This document shows, in pieces, positions 33,995 through 42,324 of a DNA stretch of 45,426 nt; positions within the stretch are counted from its first letter, which is position 1; each line of letters opens with the position of its first letter. The stretch comes from a virus (taxonomy: Duplodnaviria > Heunggongvirae > Uroviricota > Caudoviricetes). The DNA is taken from the IMG/VR virus record IMGVR_UViG_2595698887_000001; one strand, written 5' to 3'. A program made the position numbers and the translations under genes. The notes under the pieces are model-generated. The model was given only the letters and a program-made list of their open reading frames with translations. It was not told where the DNA came from and searched no databases.

Positions 33995-34201
33995 TTAGTA
34001 ACGAGACCACTTCACGCGACCACCGTCGCAGATCAGCTTGTTCTCAACGACAACACCATCAGCACTGTTTGCGAGGCGTTGTTCACCGTTAGGTTTACAA
34101 TTATGGGTGACGGTATCTGCGATGTCAACAACAATAAACACCGCAACAACAATTATTCCGACAATCACCAGGGGTTTAATCCAAGGCATGTGACCACGCA
34201 T
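33995..34201 (-). CDS. Small membrane-anchored protein
   Basis: 68 aa from ATG 34201 (SD AAGGAG); one TM helix and two Cys. Confidence 0.65.
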   Translation of the reverse strand: MRGHMPWIKPLVIVGIIVVAVFIVVDIADTVTHNCKPNGEQRLANSADGVVVENKLICDGGRVKWSRY

Positions 34202-34211
34202 TTTATTCTCC

Positions 34212-34406
34212 TTACCAGTTTGAGGCATCGACAATCATTGCACCGAAAATCAGCACAATGACTTCAATCATGAACATAGAGAGTCCACCACCCAGAATGT
34301 CGTTAGTTTGTTGCTGATAATCTGCTGTATAAGCAAGACCAAGCGTTGTGAGCATTGTCAGTGCCATAAGGCACAGGACAGCACAAATAAAGTGCGAAAG
34401 TTTCAT
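34212..34406 (-). CDS. Small two-TM membrane protein
   Basis: 64 aa from ATG 34406 (SD GGAGG). Confidence 0.65.
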   Translation of the reverse strand: MKLSHFICAVLCLMALTMLTTLGLAYTADYQQQTNDILGGGLSMFMIEVIVLIFGAMIVDASNW

Positions 34407-34431
34407 AGTTCCTCCGTTATTAACTCCCATA

Positions 34432-34460
34432 ACAATAAAGCCCCTCAACCGTGAAGTCAA
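34432..34460 (-). promoter_or_regulatory. sigma70 promoter nested in a terminator-like hairpin
   Basis: TTGACT-17 nt-TATTGT; inverted repeat arms AAAGCCCCT / AGGGGCTTT at 34437-34468. Confidence 0.7.
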
Positions 34461-34472
34461 GGGGCTTTTGGA

Positions 34473-34871
34473 TTATTTTTTAAGTCCAACAATCCAGGTC
34501 AACACGTTGTCTGGTAATTTGTTGATGGTTTTGTACATCTCCACTTCGTCCTTAGTGAGGACGCGGATATTCTCATCAACACCCACATTATTGTGGTAAT
34601 CGAAATCAGCATCTCTCTCAATTAAGGTCAGATAATTCCCCTCGCCGGACTCTGGAACATTTCGATGATGTTTAGACCAGTAACGTTCAGCGATAAATAG
34701 ATCCCCTTTTCGATCCCCCGCTAACTTGACGATAAACTTATTCATAAGCTTATCACGAAGAATTATAGACAGGGCATGGGGGTCCAAACTATCAGCCACC
34801 CGGAGGACCTCAGCATCGCCCAGCTCCACATCCACGGTTTGCACCGTGGTTTGTGTACCTTTTACTTTCAT
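34473..34871 (-). CDS. Hypothetical protein
   Basis: 132 aa, operon-packed. Confidence 0.7.
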   Translation of the reverse strand: MKVKGTQTTVQTVDVELGDAEVLRVADSLDPHALSIILRDKLMNKFIVKLAGDRKGDLFIAERYWSKHHRNVPESGEGNYLTLIERDADFDYHNNVGVDENIRVLTKDEVEMYKTINKLPDNVLTWIVGLKK

Positions 34872-35068
34872 GCCTTGTCTCCCAACAGACCTGGAGGGAC
34901 AGGAAGATCCTGCCAGTGAGTTGCCTCAAGATCACTCCTAAAGTCCCCGTCATCCCAGCGACCATCTGGTCTCAGGAAGGCAATCCACATATTTTCATCA
35001 TCGGTGATCAGCACGTACTTACCTGCCTGCGGCAGGCTGTCTTTGCATGAAATCCACTCTGTATTCAT
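34868..35068 (-). CDS. DUF551-like protein
   Basis: WISCKDSLP...VL...ATHWQDLPVPP motif. Confidence 0.8.
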   Translation of the reverse strand: MNTEWISCKDSLPQAGKYVLITDDENMWIAFLRPDGRWDDGDFRSDLEATHWQDLPVPPGLLGDKA

Positions 35069-35082
35069 AATCTTCTCCTCTT

Positions 35083-35096
35083 GGGGCCGAAGCCCC
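35083..35096 (-). other. cUUCGg hairpin without a U-tract
   Basis: Minus strand GGGGC-TTCG-GCCCC, directly followed by AAGAGGAG (SD). Confidence 0.55.
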
Positions 35097-35102
35097 GTTG
35101 AA

Positions 35103-37817
35103 TTAATGACATTCAGCCCAGTTCTTACCAGTCAGATAAGCTCCTGTGATATGAACCGGAGAACCCATCATCTTAGCGGCTTTCTCGACACATTTCACAA
35201 CCATCTCACCAACAGGGCAATACTGAATCTGAATCTTACCATCTTCGCCAAAGATACCTTCGTATACGGTTTTGCCGTCAGCATCTTTAACCTTTTCGCC
35301 ATTCTCGTCCTTGACCGCTTTTCTCCACTCGTGACCGTCGAATACACGGCCCTTTGCTTCCCACTCTTTGACAAAGGCGGTAGCCTCTTCAAGAGTATCG
35401 AATTTCCATCTCTTCAGATACTTTTCCGGAACCTGAAGCTGGTATTCATCGTGGTAGTAAATTAGACGGCGAACGTCATCATCGTACCAACCACGCTTGA
35501 TCAGTTCCCAGTGCAGCAGGATACCAACCAAGTCGAACAGAGAAGCACCACCGTTCTGCTGGTAAGCATTCAGGAGTGAGTGCTTGGAGCGAGTCCAGAT
35601 CTTACGTCCATCTAAGCCAGGAATATAGCGTTTCCCGGTAGCTTCCCAGAAGTTTTCCAGCCATTCTTTACGGCCTTTCAACCCAAAGTTACTATCCCAG
35701 AAAGCATCAATTACCGCCTGTGCTTTATCGAGGGAGATGTTGAGCATCGCAGCAATCTTCGCTGCCTGAGCACCATACATGATACCGTATGTTACACCCT
35801 TACCACCGTTACGAGTAACGAGTGTCCCGGATGCCTTGGTATATGCCTCGGCGTTTCGTGCGTGAGCATCTCCACTCTCCATTATACGCAGATATTCACC
35901 GCCGTCAAACTGATATGCACCCCATGCGGCGATCATACCTTCAAGGTTAGAACCGTCAATACCAACCTGGTAATAACCATCGGTCACACCCCACAGACCA
36001 CGCATTTCTTTACCGAGCAGTACCTTCGGGTCTGGCTTAGGCATGTTTGCACAGATGGTGTGCTTACAGCGCCCGGTGTTCGTGATCCCAGAGAAACGTG
36101 CAGGGAGTTTACCATCAATCGCCAAGCGAGGGTGATTCAGCAACCCTGTGTCGTTCTTGTCCTCATCAATCGGGTCGAGAACAGATCGACGGTTACGCAG
36201 TGACAGCCACTTAACAATCTGTTTAGCCAAGTGAACATCAATACGTTCGAGGTTCGGACACAACTTCCCAAAGTTATCTTTCAACTGAGGGGATGTTGGG
36301 AGCATACGCGCCTTACGTCTGAACTTCTTGAAGATCTCCGCATAGCCTTTCTCCGAGCCGTGACGGTGATCGAACTTCCTTTCAGAGATGTTGAACTTCT
36401 CATCACTGTTATTTAAGTGCTCTATAATCAGAGACTTATACTCGGACTCTCCCAGTTCCTCGATATACTTCCTGACCAACTCATCGATCTCAGGATCGGT
36501 ACGTGCCTTTTTGAACTGATCCTTAGTAACATCCTTGACACGCCACAGCGTAGGCTTCCAGTTGGCATCACGGATCAGGTACTTCTTGATGTCGTCCTGG
36601 TTCGAGATTTTCATCGGAACCATCAGATCAGGCATCTTCCCATTACGAAGGTCTTCTTTGGCCTTTTCCATCAAATCCGGAGGCAGAGGCACAAGGGTGT
36701 TCTCTTTCTGACGCTGCTCACGAATGTAGTCGCCAAAGTGCATAGGGTCTTCAACACCGTTCTGGAGGCAATAGCGCTCACCTGCTGCACTCACCTCACC
36801 ATTCCCTTTGAACGCCGTCTTTGGTGGTCCTTTGAACTCCAAAGCTTCACGGTTAACCGGATATCCCAGCTTGTACTGGAGCCAGTTCCACCCGTGGTGA
36901 GAGATGTTCCCTGCCCCGTCGAACGGGTTAGCCGGGAACTTAGGTTGTTGAGATTTCGTCATTTCCTTTAACGGAAGTAACGGCTCAACTTCCTCTTCAA
37001 TCTCCTTCATCATCACATCAATGCGATCACGAAGTTTCTCAGCCTCATACTTATTGAAAGGCACACCCTGAATCTCTTGCTCAACCATCAGGTAATCAGT
37101 AAGCATACGACGACGAAGAGCATTTTTCCAGTTGATCTGACGGAGACCTTCTGGCTTGTCGGTATACATGAACTGCTTGTCATCAGGCCAACGAGCACCA
37201 GTGGATTCATCAATCAATGCTTTCCACGTTAGTTCGTTGATCAGCACGTCTTCCCACACACGGTTAACGTATTCCCAGAGTGGTTGGTTACGCCAGTCAT
37301 CGATCTGCACTTTTTTGTTTGCTACACGATAACCCCAGGCCATCAAACCATGCGGTCCCACACGGTCCCTGCGTCCGGTAACCGGGTTTAGTACAGAATC
37401 AGGGCAACCGTTAGGCAACGGGCGGTCAGGGTACAGAACACGGCTCATTGATAATGTGTCGTACAGATTCACCTGGGTGTCCCCAATGGTGCCAAGACAC
37501 TTAGGATCTTTGAACATGTTGTATTCAATGCCCGACAGCTTGTTCCACAAACGCAGGTCGTAACCAAACAAGTTGTGACATGCAATTCCACGGCAAGTTT
37601 TCAGGAACGCCTCAAGCTCATCATATGAGCGGATCGTGAGATTGGCTTCGGTCTTGCTCTTGGCAAATGTCACTGCACTATCATACTCTGGGTGTGCTGG
37701 ATCTAAAAACAGATTCCAGTTGTTAACGCCGTATTCCTTGAGCAGGGTACAGTGGTACTTCGTTACTTCATCTAACAGACCATCAGCTTCGTTGTCCGTT
37801 ATAAACAAACCTTTCAT
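35103..37817 (-). CDS. DNA polymerase, family A, with 3'-5' exonuclease
   Basis: 904 aa from ATG 37817 (SD AGGAGG). ExoI ITDNEAD, ExoII HNLFGYD, motif A GIDGSNLE, motif B RNGGKGVTYGIMYG, motif C YHDE. Confidence 0.95.
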   Translation of the reverse strand: MKGLFITDNEADGLLDEVTKYHCTLLKEYGVNNWNLFLDPAHPEYDSAVTFAKSKTEANLTIRSYDELEAFLKTCRGIACHNLFGYDLRLWNKLSGIEYNMFKDPKCLGTIGDTQVNLYDTLSMSRVLYPDRPLPNGCPDSVLNPVTGRRDRVGPHGLMAWGYRVANKKVQIDDWRNQPLWEYVNRVWEDVLINELTWKALIDESTGARWPDDKQFMYTDKPEGLRQINWKNALRRRMLTDYLMVEQEIQGVPFNKYEAEKLRDRIDVMMKEIEEEVEPLLPLKEMTKSQQPKFPANPFDGAGNISHHGWNWLQYKLGYPVNREALEFKGPPKTAFKGNGEVSAAGERYCLQNGVEDPMHFGDYIREQRQKENTLVPLPPDLMEKAKEDLRNGKMPDLMVPMKISNQDDIKKYLIRDANWKPTLWRVKDVTKDQFKKARTDPEIDELVRKYIEELGESEYKSLIIEHLNNSDEKFNISERKFDHRHGSEKGYAEIFKKFRRKARMLPTSPQLKDNFGKLCPNLERIDVHLAKQIVKWLSLRNRRSVLDPIDEDKNDTGLLNHPRLAIDGKLPARFSGITNTGRCKHTICANMPKPDPKVLLGKEMRGLWGVTDGYYQVGIDGSNLEGMIAAWGAYQFDGGEYLRIMESGDAHARNAEAYTKASGTLVTRNGGKGVTYGIMYGAQAAKIAAMLNISLDKAQAVIDAFWDSNFGLKGRKEWLENFWEATGKRYIPGLDGRKIWTRSKHSLLNAYQQNGGASLFDLVGILLHWELIKRGWYDDDVRRLIYYHDEYQLQVPEKYLKRWKFDTLEEATAFVKEWEAKGRVFDGHEWRKAVKDENGEKVKDADGKTVYEGIFGEDGKIQIQYCPVGEMVVKCVEKAAKMMGSPVHITGAYLTGKNWAECH

Positions 37818-37872
37818 GTTCCTCCTATGCAAGGTGGGCTTGACTGTATCGTCGCCCACCTATCAGTTGGTG

Positions 37873-38388
37873 TTATTGATCCGGGTCAATACTCATTTCT
37901 TTTAACCTCTTATGCTCCTTTGTGTGACATTTTGAGCAGAGCCACTCCACTGAAAGCCAGTGTATTTCTTCATAAGAATGGTGATGTCCATGCAGAACCC
38001 TTTTCATACCACAGTGCTCACAAAGAGATGGTTTTTTCAACTTTCCATCTCTTACTGCATTGTTAACTGCACTGTGGGCCTTGTACTTGTTCGGATTCTT
38101 GACTCTATACCTCTTTATTCCTTCAAGGTGATTCTTCTTTCCAATCTCTGTCTGAGAGTACAGTTTTGCTTTTAGAACCCGGTGCGGTAATTTGTTCCTC
38201 TTTTTGTCGAACTCACGGTAATAATCAATTTTCGAGGACCTGTTCTGCCTGACATCTTTTTTGTTGCATTCTTTACATTTGTTTACATGACCATCAGCCA
38301 TTTGCGGGTGTTTGTAAAACTCAGTGAGGGGTTTCTCAACCCCACACTTAAAACACACCTTACAGGGCATAGATTGCATGATTTGCAT
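37873..38388 (-). mobile_element. Free-standing HNH homing endonuclease
   Basis: CFKC and KCKEC zinc knuckles; CEHC...HGHHHSY...WLCSKCHTKEH. AT-richer than its flanks; overlaps the primase 3' end. Confidence 0.85.
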
Positions 38389-40420
38389 ATTGTAAACCTA
38401 TAGGGGCAAATGGTGTATCGTTATCAAAGTCCTGTGGGTTAGGAAGCTGAACAGGAGCATCCATAACAGGCGCTGGTACGTTGACCTTGCCTACCGGAGT
38501 CTCAAGTTGCAGAGATTGAATCATACCTTCAGGGCGAAGCATAACCACCCCATCAAGTTTGAACATCCCATCTTCCCATACCCAACCAGACGCATCAGTG
38601 AATTGTCCGTTTTCATCCATGATCATAGTGTCAGCGACACCAAGTTTTTTGTGTGGGCGGTTCTTCATTACAACCACACGCACACGTCCACGAGAGCGGT
38701 CTGGTAGCTCTTCTGGCTCAACACCCAATACAATCCAGGATAATTGTTCCAGTGCAGCAGAACCACGCAGATCTTCTTTACGTACAGGATACCAGAAAGG
38801 CAACATGTTGCCGTCTTTGTCCTTCGGTAGCTGAAGTTCTTTACGCTTCATGTGGCTAATGCTGAGAATGAACACATCGTACTGCTTACAGAATGCAGCA
38901 AGCTCGGTCATGATGTTGTCCAGGTCTCGACGTTCGTTATCAGATTTGAGGCCGGAGATAACCATACTCAGGTGGTCAAGGATAATCCACTTACAACCAT
39001 CCAGGAATACCATCTGTTTCAGCTTCTGAATCAACTGATCCGTAGGGATAGAGCCGAAGTGATCAAAGATCTTGATCTTGTCTTCCTTGATCCAGCGTTG
39101 GTGAATCTCCAGGTGCTGCTCTTCGGTTAGGAACTGCTCAGGGTCTGCAACGAAAGCTTTAGGGTCAACCTTCAACTCCTCAGCGTACAGGCTGTTTACA
39201 GACTCTTCCTCATCCTCTTCCAGACGAATGATCGCAACCTTTTCATGTTCAGTCCAACCATCAAGACGAGGGATGCTCATATCTCGAAGATAGTTCACAA
39301 TGGCATACTCGATCTTACGTGAGATTGTTGACTTACCACCACCAGACGGGCCAGTTAGTGTCCACAACTCACCAGTGCGAGGACCTTTGGTTAACTCATA
39401 AAGACGAGGCATACCTGGTAACGGAACACCATCTTTCTTCTTCTTGCGAAGGTTTTCAATGGTAATGTTGCTCAGGCTGATCAGCTTGTCAGGGACATAG
39501 CGGTCTTCTGCCTTGGAGAACATGTTCCAGATCTCACGACCCTTACCAGCATCGTACATGTCACGAACGTCTTTTACCCCGGCAGGGTCATTTCGCTCAT
39601 TAGGGTAACGTGCCACAAAGATGTTGTCTGTCAGCAGGAATGCTGCCACATCGTCTGTTGCTTCCTTACCTTTCTTGACCTTACGTTCCTTTTCCAGAGC
39701 GGTTGCTTCATCGTTATCAAAACCGAGAACAACCTTCTCATAGCCACGAATGAACTTCTCGTTGTTGGCAAAGGTATCTACTGCGTTGGCTGTGCCGCAG
39801 TTTAATCCGACAAATGGTAATGTCGGAACACCTGCAACCTCTTCACCGTTCTGAATAGAGGCGATACCTTTCAGAACGCTTGCAGCCCAATCCTTAACAC
39901 CCTTCGGTGCATTAGGGCTTGCTTGCAGAGCTTTCACAAACTCAAACCCTGCCTGCCAACCAGCGGTAACATCACCCTCACCCTCTACGATGAAGATCTG
40001 TTTACGACCCGCACCCATAGCGGCTTCGTGTTGACCGAAGAACTGTGAAGCGGCCTTAACAGTCCCCACCACAGAGAAGTGACCTTTCTTCTCTTTTGGC
40101 AGAGTCCAGTCACGTTTTTTATATCCAGTCAGCTTACCGTATTTGTCGTAATATGGCAAATAGGTGGCTGTGATCGTCACACCGTCACTTGGGGATACGG
40201 ATGAACGGATCTTAAAATATTTTGCTGCGTCGAGAGAGAGACTCATTTCAGGAACTGGCAGAATGCGGGTGCCATTGACTACAGATTCCAGGGTCTCTTC
40301 TTCACGTTGCTGATAACTCACTCTTCCTCCACGATTGCCTTTACTTCCAAAATTCTGTGCTTTCGGGTTCTCCTGTCCACCTTGTCGGTAAGCAGCCCAA
40401 TCCGGACCATTTCCCATCAT
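38360..40420 (-). CDS. Primase-helicase (T7 gp4-like TOPRIM plus DnaB-type helicase)
   Basis: 686 aa. IVEGEGD and GFDNDE (TOPRIM), Walker A GPSGGGKS, IILDHLS, LRGSAALEQLS, VMKNR. Confidence 0.95.
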   Translation of the reverse strand: MMGNGPDWAAYRQGGQENPKAQNFGSKGNRGGRVSYQQREEETLESVVNGTRILPVPEMSLSLDAAKYFKIRSSVSPSDGVTITATYLPYYDKYGKLTGYKKRDWTLPKEKKGHFSVVGTVKAASQFFGQHEAAMGAGRKQIFIVEGEGDVTAGWQAGFEFVKALQASPNAPKGVKDWAASVLKGIASIQNGEEVAGVPTLPFVGLNCGTANAVDTFANNEKFIRGYEKVVLGFDNDEATALEKERKVKKGKEATDDVAAFLLTDNIFVARYPNERNDPAGVKDVRDMYDAGKGREIWNMFSKAEDRYVPDKLISLSNITIENLRKKKKDGVPLPGMPRLYELTKGPRTGELWTLTGPSGGGKSTISRKIEYAIVNYLRDMSIPRLDGWTEHEKVAIIRLEEDEEESVNSLYAEELKVDPKAFVADPEQFLTEEQHLEIHQRWIKEDKIKIFDHFGSIPTDQLIQKLKQMVFLDGCKWIILDHLSMVISGLKSDNERRDLDNIMTELAAFCKQYDVFILSISHMKRKELQLPKDKDGNMLPFWYPVRKEDLRGSAALEQLSWIVLGVEPEELPDRSRGRVRVVVMKNRPHKKLGVADTMIMDENGQFTDASGWVWEDGMFKLDGVVMLRPEGMIQSLQLETPVGKVNVPAPVMDAPVQLPNPQDFDNDTPFAPIGLQYANHAIYAL

Positions 40421-40426
40421 CTCTCC

Positions 40427-40573
40427 TTAGAATGGCTTAACTACTACAGCTACATACCAATTACCGTCAACGGTGATCCCGCCACTAATGTGGTAACCCT
40501 TTTCAAAATAGGCATTCAGTCGGGCTTCAAGATCCTTGATGTCACGACACTGAAGGATTTGTACATTTTTCAA
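40427..40573 (-). CDS. Small protein, DUF1737-like (absent from the ORF track)
   Basis: TTG start with SD AGGAGG; 48 aa MKNVQILQCRDIKDLEARLNAYFEKGYHISGGITVDGNWYVAVVVKPF; exactly fills the gap. Confidence 0.65.
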   Translation of the reverse strand: MKNVQILQCRDIKDLEARLNAYFEKGYHISGGITVDGNWYVAVVVKPF

Positions 40574-40581
40574 CTACCCTC

Positions 40582-41274
40582 CTACTTGTTTTCTTGATAG
40601 AAAGCCTCTGCAAAACCACGAGGCGTACAGCTACGGATGTTCTTAGTCTTGATAGACTTGCCACCACACTTTTTCCATCCGGGATTATCTTTGTGCAATT
40701 CCTTCACAGGAAGCTTTGTGGGCTGTTTTGCACCATTACCCATCCAAATACACGTCTTCTTGTTGTAAGCGTCTTGTGGAGGGTATACATGCGGATACAG
40801 AGGGTGTACGTCATCAGGAGGAAGATACCCGCCGTAATCCTTTGGATCAAACATGTAGTCTGGTTTGCGATACATCGACGAGAGAACACCAACCGGGTTC
40901 TCAAAAGCCCAAGGAACGCCGCATTCATTACCCAATTTCTCTACCAGCAGGCATAACTCCATCGCTTCCTTCTGGAAGTTAGGGTTAGCAGCGCGTTTTT
41001 TAGCCCAATGTCTTGAACCTGCATTGGTTAGGTGAGTACACTCTGGGAAGCCAAAGACGAGGTGAACACCTTCACCAACCATCTCCGCGATCTCTGATGC
41101 TTGTTCGTTGGTTTTGTCATGGAAAAACCACATACCAACCTTAACCAGATTCCCTTCCCGGTGGATACCGGGGGAATGCTGACCATCAAATGTCCAGACT
41201 TCATAGCCAGCCCTCAACCAAGGCTGTGCCATTACAGAGGTGTAATCATAAAGAATTATGATCTTCTTTGTCAA
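40582..41274 (-). CDS. Putative DNA cytosine-C5 methyltransferase, short phage type
   Basis: GFPECTHL (motif IV-like Cys), FENPVG (motif VI-like), YNKKTCIW (motif VIII-like); motif I divergent. Confidence 0.6.
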   Translation of the reverse strand: MTKKIIILYDYTSVMAQPWLRAGYEVWTFDGQHSPGIHREGNLVKVGMWFFHDKTNEQASEIAEMVGEGVHLVFGFPECTHLTNAGSRHWAKKRAANPNFQKEAMELCLLVEKLGNECGVPWAFENPVGVLSSMYRKPDYMFDPKDYGGYLPPDDVHPLYPHVYPPQDAYNKKTCIWMGNGAKQPTKLPVKELHKDNPGWKKCGGKSIKTKNIRSCTPRGFAEAFYQENK

Positions 41275-41284
41275 TAAACCCCCT

Positions 41285-41566
41285 TCAATGAAGAACAGAA
41301 CCGCTGTTTACCGGAACGACAGTCCCATTTTCCAGCTTGTACTTTTGCTCAGGTGAGCGTTTCTGATGGTCAGTTTCACCGCCAATCATCATGGCAATGC
41401 TGTGCTTAGTTCTGACCAGGGTGTAGTTCAGATACCCGTCTGCTTCATGCTGTGACACGATGGTAAAACCTTCGTCCAGCAGTTCAGCCAATTCTGATTC
41501 GATATCCGCTTTTTCTCGTTCACTGATCTTGAACTCAACCAGACGGACAGTGTTCTTTCCAGCCAT
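41285..41566 (-). CDS. Hypothetical protein
   Basis: 93 aa, SD GAGGAG. Confidence 0.7.
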   Translation of the reverse strand: MAGKNTVRLVEFKISEREKADIESELAELLDEGFTIVSQHEADGYLNYTLVRTKHSIAMMIGGETDHQKRSPEQKYKLENGTVVPVNSGSVLH

Positions 41567-41847
41567 TAAAAGCTCTCCTCTCTTTCAAAGCAACCTTCAA
41601 TTTCTGCATTACGCAGATGTTCACGTAGGTGATGGTACAGGACATTATTTGGAATGTCAACGTAGATCTGGGTGGTGCTTTTGAATACAGCATAATACTC
41701 TAACTCCTGAAAACCGTTGTAGTCCCAGTCGCTCTCTTTACTGTAAAAGTCTGGTTTCTGAACAGTATAAAGTGCTTCTACCACCACAGCACCGTGATCA
41801 GGATGATCGTATTCAAACTCGATCTCTACTTTCTGTGGTTTAATCAT
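41566..41847 (-). CDS. Hypothetical protein
   Basis: 93 aa from ATG 41847 (SD GAGGG). Confidence 0.7.
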   Translation of the reverse strand: MIKPQKVEIEFEYDHPDHGAVVVEALYTVQKPDFYSKESDWDYNGFQELEYYAVFKSTTQIYVDIPNNVLYHHLREHLRNAEIEGCFEREESF

Positions 41848-42163
41848 TATCAGCACCCTCGTAACGGGACATCGTTAATTGTGTGATGCCAAGAGCCACA
41901 GGCTCAGTAGTATCCACCACAAAGGTAACAGTCAGATCATCTGTAGATTTAGAATCACTCAGATCCACAACGATGAAGTCTCCCACTTCCGGTGCGTCAG
42001 CGCCCATGTCGAGGAAAACAACAGCCTCAGCATACTCACCATCACCGATCACACGGAGGGTAATATCGTTACCAGGCCCACGGGTGGTAAAGTCGTATAC
42101 ACGCACCTGCTTAGGTGCTTCATCTTCTTTGGCAAACAGCCAGTTAAACAGCTTTTTCAGCAT
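41840..42163 (-). CDS. Hypothetical protein
   Basis: 107 aa, acidic, amphipathic N-terminus; SD AAGGAG. Confidence 0.7.
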   Translation of the reverse strand: MLKKLFNWLFAKEDEAPKQVRVYDFTTRGPGNDITLRVIGDGEYAEAVVFLDMGADAPEVGDFIVVDLSDSKSTDDLTVTFVVDTTEPVALGITQLTMSRYEGADND

Positions 42164-42323
42164 TCTTCCGCTCCTTCAGTTCATTCTCGATATCGTTCAA
42201 ACGATTCCATGCTTCAAGCTCTGCCTGTTGCATCTCGTCGTGATAATCGCGAGCAACGTCACGCAGTTTTAATAGCTTCTCTGTGGAAACCTTGCTCAGG
42301 TCAGTAAAGTCTTCAACCTGCAT
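42144..42323 (-). CDS. Small coiled-coil protein (absent from the ORF track)
   Basis: 59 aa MQVEDFTDLSKVSTEKLLKLRD...ENELKERKNAEKAV; SD GAGGAG. Confidence 0.65.
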   Translation of the reverse strand: MQVEDFTDLSKVSTEKLLKLRDVARDYHDEMQQAELEAWNRLNDIENELKERKNAEKAV

Positions 42324-42324
42324 T

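Noticed and set aside
35103-37817. Intein or intron in the long DNA polymerase
   Set aside because: The frame is continuous, with no C/S...HN-C/S/T splice junctions or LAGLIDADG motifs seen; the extra length looks like lineage-specific insertions.
37818-37859. ORF-track extended starts (37859, 27235, 31125, 8195, 22360, 34460 and others)
   Set aside because: Downstream starts have clear SD sequences and avoid long overlaps, so coordinates were reassigned.
38363-38371. ssrA-like degron (YAL) at the primase end
   Set aside because: Lacks the terminal AA required by ClpX, and the SSB copy ends HCI. Retained only as one hypothesis for the tag.
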